DNA of 64,000 nt from an uncultured Nitrospiraceae bacterium (GTDB lineage: Bacteria; Nitrospirota; Nitrospiria; Nitrospirales; Nitrospiraceae). A program made the translations under genes and the position numbers. The stretch lies in NCBI GenBank assembly GCA_963706325.1, contig CAVPLT010000004.1, positions 320,001-384,000 of the forward strand. The letters run 5' to 3'. The notes under the pieces were generated by a model, which searched no databases, had not been told where the DNA came from, and was given only the letters and a program-made list of their open reading frames with translations. Shown here piece after piece: positions 38,342-48,724 of this stretch. Every line of letters begins with the position of its first letter. The first letter of the stretch is position 1.

Positions 38342-39928
38342 ATGAGCAACGAAACAAGAGATTCTGGTCGTACAGTATCCTCTAACGCTCGAGTCACCTG
38401 TCACTTCATCTGGCCACTCAGCAACAGCGCCACGCCCGACGAAATGAATACGTCCTATGGTCCGCGTATTGACGCTGATCGCTGGGACTTTCATGACGGC
38501 ATCGACCTGCCCGCTCGTGTTGGCACACCGGTCCATGCCATGGCGGATGGCGCGGTGCATCGCGCTGGGCCGGCGGATAAGACGGGCCCGGTCAGGGTTT
38601 CGGCTCAACGCATATCCTTCTTAAAGTCGTCGATCCAACGGACGGACAGCATGATCTATTTCTTGTCTACCTGCATCTCGACAGCATCGCGGATGGTGTG
38701 ATCTCCAGGCGTACCGGTGCATCAGGGTGACGTGATTGGCGCGGTGGGTCAGGAAGACGCGACCTATCCCCATCTGCATTTCGAGTTCAGGAAAGGCGGG
38801 CCACAAGAACGGCGCAGTGTTCACCCGCTACACTATCTGCCCTACCTCAATACGGCGAACTTTAGGCAGCTCCGTCTGGATCGCTGCAATTTTTACCGCG
38901 ACGACGATGGCGAGAAACGGATCGTGAGGCTTGGCTTTGCAGTCCGGAACCGCCGGGAAGGTGATCTACAGGCTGTTCATGTGGAATTGATCGGCGACGG
39001 TGTCGCAACCACGCGAACTGCACGTCGACTTCGATGATCGGGAAACCATCAATAGTGACAAAGGAGATGACCAAGCCTTCAAGAACGGAATTGCCGTGGA
39101 AGGCTACCAGAAATCCAATCTGAAAGGCGAAGGCTTGAACGATCTGCAGTATGGCGTACTGATCGAGGATATTCCTCCGCAATACGATTCCGTCAAACTT
39201 CGAGTCCAGGATGTTAAGAACAGAGAAACCGAAAAGCGCTGAGTTTCCTCTTCCCAAACTCGACGTCGGCAAGCAACCCGTCAATAGTCGTGCGGGTTTT
39301 GAAGGTCAGATATTTCCGCCGCCGGGGTGGGAATTGAATCTCTTACCGGGCAATGTCTGTCGGCCGGACCCAGCCGCCGCTCTCGCAGGTTCGCAGGGCC
39401 TACTCTGTCAGGACCTCCAGAGTGTGCAAGGGACACTGATCCGCGCAGGGCTGCGTTTCGCCTTGCCAGTCAACCGTTTGCCTGTCCGCTCCCATGTCCT
39501 GGCGTCTGAGGGCAGATATCAAGCCAGCAGAATTGCAAGTGGATGAAGGATTGGTGATTCATCCTTTGGCTTTCTTGGCAGACAGCAATTTGGTGGCTGC
39601 CGCCTGCCTGCGGAAGATCAGAGGCGATAAATTCGTGACGGGTGTTCTCATTCGAAGCGCAGACGGTTTGTTCAGGGAAAGAATCGATGTGAACGAGGGA
39701 GAAATTTTAAGGAATGTGCCGGTTAGGTGGGAACTTGAGGTGCTCAGAGTGGGCACCAGGCAAACAACCGCCGTAGTGCGACTGAACAACAATGTGATAG
39801 CCCGCATCAACGGCGACACCAGAAGCGTCGAGCCCGATTCTGGTTGTGCGGGGATTTTGCATAAGCACAGCGGGTTACAGATTAGCCTGCACATCGATCA
39901 ATTGCTCCTGACGGAAGCGCCTCGGTAG
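38342..39928 (+). pseudogene. M23 peptidase-domain gene broken by several frameshifts
   Basis: WPL, YGPR, FHDGIDL, GTPVHA, VYLHL, QGDVIGAVG, PHLHFE spread across consecutive overlapping frames. Confidence 0.8.
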
Positions 39929-40289
39929 ACGTGGCGTGAGCTCACGCAGGCCGAACACCCGTCGACACCTGCGTTGACGGACAATAGGGTTAGAACATTT
40001 CAGCAAAAATTAGCAGTTGATCATGATGTTGGTCTTCGGCGCTCCATCCGTTGCAGTGAACAATGAGACGTTCACGTGCGCTCGGGGTAGGCGATCCTCA
40101 ACTCTGCTTGATATTTCCAGGACGCAGAGGTTTTTTGACAGCTTTGCGTTGGCATAATCTTAGGCGCCGTCCGCCAGCCTCCCGACTTGGCGAGCATGTC
40201 CCCTATAGTTAGAAAGAATTCTTTGAAGTTATGTGGCGCGATTCACGGATTCCTTCAGACCCGTTTTCTCCCACTGTTGTTTACTTCAC

Positions 40290-40659
40290 CATGTACGGTG
40301 AGTAGCCGGGAAGCGTGCGGTCCAGCTTTCCCTCAATGCAATGTGAGCGGCTGTTTTCGCATCGTTTGGTGTTCGCAGATAGGCACTCGTCAACAACTCG
40401 ACCGGGCGACCGATCCTCGATTCTCCCTTGTGAAACGTCTCCCAAAACAGATCGTCGGCGTTGGACGCTGCCTCGCTTCGTGTTGCAAGGGCTTCTTCTT
40501 TGGAGCAGTCATCACGGCGATGTTGTCGCCCAAGGCCCATGGGCCAATGCCGATGACGACTATCGTCAGGGTGAAGGCAAAGCCTGCAAAAAATTCCCCT
40601 CTGCTGGCGATGACAATCTGACCCACAATGAATGTCGGCCTTGTGCTTATTCTCGACAA
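40290..40659 (-). pseudogene. Possible fragment of an exported hypothetical protein
   Basis: Hydrophobic leader in one frame (..APKKKP) appears to continue in another (TRSEAASNADDLFWETFH..LTSAYLRTPNDA). Confidence 0.3.
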
Positions 40660-40973
40660 CTTCCGATTGTTTGATTAAGCAGAAAACGTCGACTCGTTTT
40701 GGTAAGCCATCGGAACCTGCACGACGGTGGCACTCTGAATTCACCGCCCCACAGGGGTGGAGCCTGAAGCCGGCGGTTCCAACACAGATTGAAACCTGGG
40801 TCTCATGCGAAGCGCTATTCACTCCTCAACCTACAAATTGTAATCCCGATGTACGCCGATTCTGCTCGCCTACCCAAATCCGAAAGGCTTTCGTTACATC
40901 CCAAGGACTATCGGTTTCTGTTGCGCTGTCGGTCGTAGACCCATCAGCAGGCTGCCGTTCTCCGGGTGCATGT

Positions 40974-41486
40974 TCAATGGATTACAGCAGCATTCAGTAG
41001 CGTCTGGATAGAGTCGAGATCCTGTTTTAGCGCATTCAACTCGCTGGAGAGGTAGGCCAAGGTTTGATCATTTTTCGTAGACTGGTGAACGAGGCGTACG
41101 AGCAACGCTATGCGTTCTTTCAGCGTCCGAATTGAGACAGCCAAGCCGGTCTCGAGCCCCGCTGTTCGACGCACCAACAGATCCAGCGCCGGACCGATTT
41201 CGGCTTGGTTTAGACAAAATGTCACGGGGAGATCGGCCATCGCATTCCTGGGCATATCGGGATACTCCGCCTCGGCAGGACTCTGGACGATCGTCAACCC
41301 ACCGGCCTCATGCACCGCCCGTAGCCCAACTGTGCCGTCACGCAATAAACCGGTGAGAATCACGCCAATGACGCGGTTCCCATATTCCTTGGCCGCGGAC
41401 TCGAAGAGGGCGTTAATGACAATTAAGGGAGCCGTTCCTTTCCGATAGGGAGCGAGTTGGAACTTTTGACCATCCACCAACATCAT
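40974..41486 (-). pseudogene. CheB-type methylesterase, N-terminally truncated
   Basis: LFESAA..YG..VIGVILTG...DG..GL..V..AGG.TIVQ.P..AEY.DMP; the GxSxGG catalytic-Ser region is absent. Confidence 0.7.
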
Positions 41487-41488
41487 AT

Positions 41489-43624
41489 TTAGCTGGAAAC
41501 CTCCTCTGACGGCTTGTTCTCATCCAGCACGAGTAGCACAAGCGAGCGGTCTGTCAGTAAATACTGCGCTCCCATCTTAAAGGTCTGGTCATGACGTCCC
41601 TCTGGCAGATTGGTATCAAGGAGGAGGGACCAGGCTGAAGAGCCGACATAGGGGGGAAGTGTAAACTGGACAGGCTCATGATGGCCATTGATAAGGACAA
41701 GAACCGTCACATCCTTCCCCGGCTGACGCACCCCCGTAGTCGGCGCCCGCCCGTCCAGCAGCATGCCAAAACAATGTAATGTCGTGTCGAGCCAATGTTG
41801 CTCCTCCATCGGGACGCCGCTGGCGTTGATCCACGTCACATCCCGAACGTCGGAGTTTTCGACGGGTTGTCCCGTCAAAAAGAGATTGCGCCGTAAGATC
41901 GGGTATCGGTGACGGAGTGCGACTAACTGTTGGACGAAGTGAAAGAGCATCGATCGCTTGTCCAAAAGCGTCCAATCCACCCAACTGATCTCATTGTCCT
42001 GACAATATGCATTGTTGTTGCCCTCTTGGGTACGGCCAAATTCATCCCCCGCCAGCAACATGGGGGTACCTTGGGCGAGCAGTAAGGTCGCCGCAAGGTT
42101 TCGCATTTGGCGCTCCCGCAAGGCGTTGATCCCGGCATCCTCGGTCGGCCCTTCTGCGCCACAATTCCATGAACGATTGTTTGAGGACCCGTCCTTATTG
42201 TCCTCCCCGTTCGCCTCGTTGTGTTTCTCGTTAAACGTCACAACATCATGGAGCGTAAAACCATCATGAGCCGTAATAAAGTTCACGCAGGCCCAGGGCC
42301 GTCGACCTTGATGATTAAAAACAGAAGCCGATGCGCAGAGCCGCTCGGCGAGTGTCGTCGCCGGCAATTCGCCGCGCCAAAAATCGCGCACATCATCCCG
42401 GAACTTATCGTTCCATTCGGCCCATCCCGGAGGGAAGGCCCCGACCTGATAACCGCCCGGCCCACAATCCCACGGCTCGGCGATCAGTTTCACCGTGGCG
42501 AGCACTGGGTCTTGACTACACACCTTTAAAAACCCACTTTGGGTATCAAAGCCGTTAGGCTCGCGCGCGAGGATCGTACCGAGGTCGAACCGGAACCCAT
42601 CTACGTGCATCTGTTGCACGGCATAGCGCAAGCTGTCAGTGACCAATTGAATGACGCGGGGATGGCTCAGATTGAGAGTATTACCCGTGCCCGTATCGTT
42701 AATGTAATAGCGCTTCTGCTCTGGTTGGAGACGGTAATAGCTGGCATTGTCGATACCCTTAAACGACAGCGTGGGACCAAGTTCATTGCCTTCGGCGGTG
42801 TGGTTGTACACCACGTCGAGAATGACCTCGAGGCCCGCGTCGTGCAGCCGGGCGATCATTTCCTTGCATTCTCGAACGCTGTCAGGTCGATTGGCCGCAT
42901 AGCGGGGATCCGGAGCAAAAAACCCAACACTGTTATAGCCCCAATAATTGGTGAGCCCTTTTTCCAACAGATGACTGTCGTTGATGAAGGTATGGATTGG
43001 GAGGAGTTCGACGGAGGTGACGCCTAAAGATTTCAGATATGCCAGTACTTCAGTGGTGGCCAGTCCCTCGTAAGTGCCTTGGAGATTGGGCCGCACCGCC
43101 GGATGGCGTTTGGTGAAACCCCGCACATGCATCTCATAAATAATCGTGTCATCCCACGGCACTGTCTTGCGTCCCCGAGGTCCAGACCAGTCGAAGTTCT
43201 GATCGACCACGGTGCATTTCGGCATGAAAGGCGCGCTGTCGCGTTCATCGAAGGTCTGATCATCTCCGGACTCCATGTGATACCCGAATAGAGCAGGATT
43301 CCACTGCAGCTCGCCCATATGGGCGTAGGCGTATGGATCGAGCAGTAGCTTATTGGGGTTAAAGCGATGGCCAGCCTCGGGCTCATAGGGACCATGGACG
43401 CGGTACCCATACGGCGTCCCCGGCTGAATACCAGGCAGATAGCCATGCCAAATCTGATCGGTATATTCAGGCAAGGAGATCCGTTCGACTTCTTTTTCCC
43501 CTGTCGCATCAAAGAGGCACAGTTCCACCTTTGTTGCATGAGCGGAAAAGAGGCTGAAATTAGTCCCATTGCCATCCCAGGTTGCGCCACGCGGGGTGGG
43601 ACGGCCTTCTAACGCGTCTGTCAT
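41489..43624 (-). CDS. glgX: Glycogen debranching enzyme
   Basis: NFSLFSAHA, NYWGY, DVVYNHTAEG, DGFRFDL, LIAEPWD, NFITAHDGFTL, GNNNAYCQDN. Confidence 0.97.
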   Translation of the reverse strand: MTDALEGRPTPRGATWDGNGTNFSLFSAHATKVELCLFDATGEKEVERISLPEYTDQIWHGYLPGIQPGTPYGYRVHGPYEPEAGHRFNPNKLLLDPYAYAHMGELQWNPALFGYHMESGDDQTFDERDSAPFMPKCTVVDQNFDWSGPRGRKTVPWDDTIIYEMHVRGFTKRHPAVRPNLQGTYEGLATTEVLAYLKSLGVTSVELLPIHTFINDSHLLEKGLTNYWGYNSVGFFAPDPRYAANRPDSVRECKEMIARLHDAGLEVILDVVYNHTAEGNELGPTLSFKGIDNASYYRLQPEQKRYYINDTGTGNTLNLSHPRVIQLVTDSLRYAVQQMHVDGFRFDLGTILAREPNGFDTQSGFLKVCSQDPVLATVKLIAEPWDCGPGGYQVGAFPPGWAEWNDKFRDDVRDFWRGELPATTLAERLCASASVFNHQGRRPWACVNFITAHDGFTLHDVVTFNEKHNEANGEDNKDGSSNNRSWNCGAEGPTEDAGINALRERQMRNLAATLLLAQGTPMLLAGDEFGRTQEGNNNAYCQDNEISWVDWTLLDKRSMLFHFVQQLVALRHRYPILRRNLFLTGQPVENSDVRDVTWINASGVPMEEQHWLDTTLHCFGMLLDGRAPTTGVRQPGKDVTVLVLINGHHEPVQFTLPPYVGSSAWSLLLDTNLPEGRHDQTFKMGAQYLLTDRSLVLLVLDENKPSEEVSS

Positions 43625-44214
43625 TGTGACCTGCTCCTTTTGTGATCTGAACGATCAATCTGATGATCAGCCCTTAGACTTGATGGATCGGAACACATAT
43701 CTGCTCTCAATTCCGATGGTGGCCGGCCTTCACAAGGCTAGCGGTCAGCGCCGTCACAGTATAGAAAGACCCGACGTCTGCAGGCGGTGGAGCTAAATTA
43801 CCACTTGTTGATTCGGTGGCATGCTAGGCAGCCCCCTTGCGGTGGTTCCTTTCCGGTGGTAATCCATTCTCTTCTCGCACGGAAGCCACGACGCTAGTCT
43901 CTGACATACAGGTGGGTGTCTTTCGCAGCAGGGAGTCAAGGCGGTAATTCCTCGATTATCTCGAGAGAAGGTATTGCAACGCTTCCGTGTCATCGGAGCT
44001 GAGGTCAAACGACTCCACTTTATTATGCTCGTTCAGCCAGACGACGTGATAGCCTGCGTCAGCGGGATCAATTCGCACGATGCGATTGACGTTGATGTAG
44101 CCCTTGCCGCGCTGAATAAATTGCATGACTTGGTTGTATGCCTGTGTGACTCTGCCGCAGGGCCGCTTCCGTCCCCTGGTGACGATGCTGGAGGCGGAAG
44201 CGGTGGCAGTCTCG

Positions 44215-44712
44215 CTACCCTCGGCCCTTAGAGGCCTTCTTTTTTGGCCCGCCCGTTGTTCCTTTGGTTAGGAGGGCTTCTTTGCGTTTCATCACCGTCG
44301 TCTCTAATTTCTCCCAGTCAATATCGCTCTTTTCAGCCTTCGGCAACATCTCGCCTTCCTCTTCCTCAATGTGGTGCTTCACCAACTCACCAAGAACCTT
44401 GAACTTGGCCTCAAATATTTCGTCGGCTGGTTTGAGTTTTTTGAGTTCTTTGATCAGAACGTGCACAAGATGGTGTTCCTCGACTGCCTCGTTCATCATA
44501 TCGTCTTCATCGATTTCTTCACGAATAGCCGGATAAATGAGCTTTTCCTCCAGCTCGGCATGGATCTCAAGTTCCATGATGGCCGTAGCTGCGATTTCTG
44601 CGGCCTCACTTCCCTCCGCCGATTCGAATTGCTCGAAGAGATCTTTCACTTTCTGATGATCCTCTTTCAACATCTCTATCACGCCCGATGCAAATGCTGC
44701 TTTGCTAGCCAT
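44215..44712 (-). CDS. Hemerythrin/HHE cation-binding domain protein
   Basis: LKEDH, HAELEE..YP, EEH, HHIEEEE. Confidence 0.85.
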   Translation of the reverse strand: MASKAAFASGVIEMLKEDHQKVKDLFEQFESAEGSEAAEIAATAIMELEIHAELEEKLIYPAIREEIDEDDMMNEAVEEHHLVHVLIKELKKLKPADEIFEAKFKVLGELVKHHIEEEEGEMLPKAEKSDIDWEKLETTVMKRKEALLTKGTTGGPKKKASKGRG

Positions 44713-45418
44713 AGTGACCTCCCATGTATTGATATAGCGTGAATGACACGAACCCTACATACGAAGACTGCGGGTTGTTTTTTGACTTCAGCTGTAGTGA
44801 AATCCTCAGGAGGAGTGTATCGCAGGAAACGGAATGTACGAACCTGGGAAAATCCCTGGACACTTAGCAGGCGGTGGGATCAACCCGCGGAAGAACGCTT
44901 CGGCCAAGCTGCCTATCGAGGTCCAGGAAGTCGGTGGAATATTAATTATCGGAATGTCCATCTTGGGTGATTTGCGTTCACGTGCGGAGACGGATTAGGT
45001 CATATTCAGCCCTGTTCAAGTCAAAGATCATTTCTCTTATTTTTTAGAAGTTAGCGCACTCAATGGCAGTTACGCGCCCTCTCTTCATAAACCTAGTACA
45101 TCGATGTGCTGCCACCTCGTTCATGAGAAGGCAAGGACTGAAGCCATTTGATGTATGCTGGTGAGGAGTGCGATCGTAAGTTTCGGTTCAAGCGCCCGCG
45201 CGCCTGCTTATTCTCGCTTTGGCTCAGATGCTCGTACGGGCCGCCCTGGTTATGTTGAGGCGCTGCCATCGATATAATAATTGAAGCGGCCGGCCCGTAT
45301 GCGGTTTTGTATGGACTCAGTCTCCGCAGGGGACAGGCCTGAGTGAGGGTGAAGGCAAAGCGTGTTGATCAGAACCGGTAGAACATGACGGTGACCTAGT
45401 ATATCGAAAAAGGTCTGT

Positions 45419-45763
45419 TCAAGTTCCACGCACCGACCGCATCGGTCGCACGGAGGATTGTTCGTCGATTCCCAAGTCCTCTTGGCAAATTCGTGACGCG
45501 GCCGCTGACTTGATCCTGTCCATGATCCCCTTCGACACAAGTAGCTGCTTCAATTGGTCTGGAGTGGGGAGGCTATCTAGCACGACGGCGGGGCAGACCG
45601 AGAGGGTGCGCTCCACTTGATTGTTAAGAATAATCTTAAACTTCGTGTCGGCTAACGGATCTCTGAGGGGTAACACAGTTTCGACGATGTAAGGCGCTTG
45701 AAACTCGGCATCAAGAAATTCTCGGATCACCTGTGTTTTTCTTTGAGAATAATTGTCGCTCAT
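45419..45763 (-). CDS. Hypothetical protein
   Basis: 114 aa ORF with AAAGGA RBS. Confidence 0.45.
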   Translation of the reverse strand: MSDNYSQRKTQVIREFLDAEFQAPYIVETVLPLRDPLADTKFKIILNNQVERTLSVCPAVVLDSLPTPDQLKQLLVSKGIMDRIKSAAASRICQEDLGIDEQSSVRPMRSVRGT

Positions 45764-46074
45764 CGTGGATCGTTCCTTTTCTTTCCGCCAACCTTTCTTG
45801 ATAGTGCAGCGTTGCGGCGCACTCTGCCGAGATCGTACGCCAATCGGGGGGAATGCGGCAAGACACTACATGCCTTGGGGCAGCCGTCGCTTGTCTCCTA
45901 TCGAGGCGAGCCAACTCGCCTCAGCCCGCTCACTGCAATTGCTGCAGATCTCCCGCATGGAAGCGAGCGGCCCTTGTTCATAACCCTTCAGGGAGCAAAG
46001 GACTCTGCACTTCGAACAAATCCAGGATCCATCAGTAAGACGCATTCAGATCTCCTTTGGCGTTCCGCGATTTG

Positions 46075-47307
46075 CTACACACGGTCTCCGATGGGATCCC
46101 ATTCGTGGTCGCGTTCGACGGCGTCGATCAAACGTTCGAAAATATCGGGAATTGCGCCGGTGACTCGACTCCAATTCGAAATCATCGGTACCCCCAAGGG
46201 ATCGTCCAAAAACGTTTCGGTGGCGATCTTCATGCCCTTCAAAAATACTTCGACTGCCATCCGCTCCTCGTGTCGGTCGAACTGGAGGCTGTTGATGGCG
46301 GCATCATTTTGGTACCGGGTGATGGCCTCCTGCGCGGTCTGCAGATACGTGGCCCGCAGCGCCTTGAGGACCGCTTCCGATAACACCACGCCTTCGCTCG
46401 CAAGGTTTCGGAAGAGCGACTTGGTGATATCCACACACATTTTCTGCAAGCCCTGATCGGCATTATCCGCCGACAGAGCCTGGTGTTTGTGCTCGTAGGC
46501 GTCGGCGATATCGGCTTGGCAAATTCTTCTGAGCGCGCAGTTTCGATAGATTTCTGCGAGGACTCCGACTTCCAATCCCCAATCGCCTGGAATCCGGTTG
46601 ATCCAGGCCAAGTCCCGCACCATGGCGAACTCCCCTGCGAGGGGATAGCGGAAACTATCCAGAAATGTGAGCAATGGATGCGACCCTGCGACTTGTTGAA
46701 GACTACGGATCAATGGCGTGAGGTACAGTCGTGTCACTCGTCCATGGAGACGATTCGTGACCCGACTGTAGTACCCCTTGCAAAATTCGTAACCCAGATT
46801 GGGGTTCATGACCGGATAACAGAGCCTGGCGAGGTATTCCCGGTTGTAACTGAGTATGTCGCAGTCATGGAGCGCGATCACATTGCTTTGTCCACGCGCC
46901 AAGACGTATCCAAAGGCCATCCAACATCCGCGGCCCTTGCCCTGCAATCCTGTATCGATTTCGGCGTGGGCTAGCAGTTTAAGGATGTCCTGGATACCTG
47001 CTCCATCGTTATAGACGATCCGGACTCGCTGCGGCAGTACTGAAAAAAATTGTTTAGCCAGACGAAACTCCAGCGCCGAGGCCCGATCCAGCGAGATCAC
47101 AATCTCGTTGACGTAAGGAATGTCCTTTAAGACCTGCACGATATGCTTGAGCGCAGGATTTTCCAATTCCGAATAGAGCGATGGGAGCACCAGGGCGATG
47201 GGATTGGTCGCCGCATGCCGTTCCAGCTCTTTTTCCAACAGATCGAGGTTGGATGCACCCAGACGGTGGAGCACCGTCACAAGGCCGTTCTGATGAAAAT
47301 CCGACAT
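46075..47307 (-). CDS. Glycosyltransferase, glucosyl-3-phosphoglycerate synthase-like
   Basis: GKG..W, HDCDI (DxD), FCKGYY.R, GRVTRL, RYPLAGE, WGLEVG, YEHKHQ. Confidence 0.8.
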   Translation of the reverse strand: MSDFHQNGLVTVLHRLGASNLDLLEKELERHAATNPIALVLPSLYSELENPALKHIVQVLKDIPYVNEIVISLDRASALEFRLAKQFFSVLPQRVRIVYNDGAGIQDILKLLAHAEIDTGLQGKGRGCWMAFGYVLARGQSNVIALHDCDILSYNREYLARLCYPVMNPNLGYEFCKGYYSRVTNRLHGRVTRLYLTPLIRSLQQVAGSHPLLTFLDSFRYPLAGEFAMVRDLAWINRIPGDWGLEVGVLAEIYRNCALRRICQADIADAYEHKHQALSADNADQGLQKMCVDITKSLFRNLASEGVVLSEAVLKALRATYLQTAQEAITRYQNDAAINSLQFDRHEERMAVEVFLKGMKIATETFLDDPLGVPMISNWSRVTGAIPDIFERLIDAVERDHEWDPIGDRV

Positions 47308-47428
47308 AGTCCCTCCAGTACAGGGTTCGAGCAGATGGTGAATGACGAACGGCGGTACCTGGAGATCTCAAAGCGAGATGCGGAGGCGCCTGGCGCCGAA
47401 CGCAGAATCTGCTGAGGGAGATCCGCTT

Positions 47429-48724
47429 CTACTGAGCCGGAGGCATAGCCTTGCTGGTCACCACCGACTTGACGATCTTGGCTCGTTTGACGGATTCCAG
47501 AAAGCGGTCCGGAGGTTCCGGCTTCGGCAAGTTGACTTCCACGGAGTACCAGCCTGACTTCATCGGCCCTTTCTTGATGCCGTTCAGTTCCTGAACCAAT
47601 TCCTCGATACTCTTTTCGGTGGTGCCATCTTCGAAGGCGACCCAAAACATGAAAGCTTGACGGTCGGCTTCGCGAAGCCCCTCCGCCACCGTCGTCGGCA
47701 CGGCTGCATCTTTTGCGGTGTCGCTCTTGGCCAACACCGTAGGTTTCGGCGTGGCGTTGGCCTTGGCCACTTCCAGGGAGGTGAGTGCCAAGCGCGCATG
47801 CAATTCTCGATTGCGACTTTCCAGCAGGGCGACTTGCTTGATCAAGGTTTCATTGACCGATTTGATCGTCTGCAGATCCTGACGCACCAATTCTCGATCT
47901 GCCTCGACCGCGTTGACCGCGACACGCATGCCGTTCTGAACTTCCTGTGCCACGTCGGTCTTGACGGCATGGAGATCCTCCTGCACCGCCAGGACTTGCG
48001 TGTTCAATTTTTGTTGGGCATGGGTGACGGTATCGACGAGATTATTCAATTGCGCGATGCGTTCCTGCTCAGCACGCGAAACGGCCACAGTCGCCGTCTG
48101 CGCCTCCACCAGCTGCGCGAGCTGTTGATGCATGCGATCGATTTGTTCTTGGGTGGATTGCCGGGCTGCCAGTTCTTCCTCGAGCTGATGCGCCCGGTCG
48201 TCCGATCCCATCCAACTCGGCACCCGTTCAGCCAGCAATGCCACCACGCCCACGGCCAGCACAATCTGGGCGAACGCAGTCGTCATCGTCCAGATGGAGG
48301 CCGCGCTTCTAGATGGCTTGGATGATCCTAACGGCATGCGGATCGCAGCGGACACCTGGGACCACCAACGGGGAGCCGGTTCATACCGCATCTGGAGGGA
48401 CCCGCCGTCGAAATGGTTGTGGAGCTGAATGATTGCAGCGCCCTTACCGATCGGCACACGCACATCCTTGTGGCCGGCTTCAGGCGCAACGCACCCTCCG
48501 ACCAATACCCCCGACTCACTCCGAAGTTCCAAATGTTGGATACTTCGGTCGCGGACGGTAAGGGCAAAGGAAGGATTAGTCCGCGCGCAATTCAACGTCC
48601 CGACGCGTTCGTGATTGACGAGCACCTGGAGAAGTCCCGGGCGTTCTGCAGCCGCGTGTCTCGGCTGATCATCCAGGGCGTCAAGCAGAAGTTCGCGATA
48701 GTCGTTGAGCTCTGGTGCTTCCAT
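47429..48724 (-). CDS. Single-pass membrane protein with long coiled coil
   Basis: GGAGG RBS; one TM segment; heptad-rich central region. Confidence 0.7.
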   Translation of the reverse strand: MEAPELNDYRELLLDALDDQPRHAAAERPGLLQVLVNHERVGTLNCARTNPSFALTVRDRSIQHLELRSESGVLVGGCVAPEAGHKDVRVPIGKGAAIIQLHNHFDGGSLQMRYEPAPRWWSQVSAAIRMPLGSSKPSRSAASIWTMTTAFAQIVLAVGVVALLAERVPSWMGSDDRAHQLEEELAARQSTQEQIDRMHQQLAQLVEAQTATVAVSRAEQERIAQLNNLVDTVTHAQQKLNTQVLAVQEDLHAVKTDVAQEVQNGMRVAVNAVEADRELVRQDLQTIKSVNETLIKQVALLESRNRELHARLALTSLEVAKANATPKPTVLAKSDTAKDAAVPTTVAEGLREADRQAFMFWVAFEDGTTEKSIEELVQELNGIKKGPMKSGWYSVEVNLPKPEPPDRFLESVKRAKIVKSVVTSKAMPPAQ

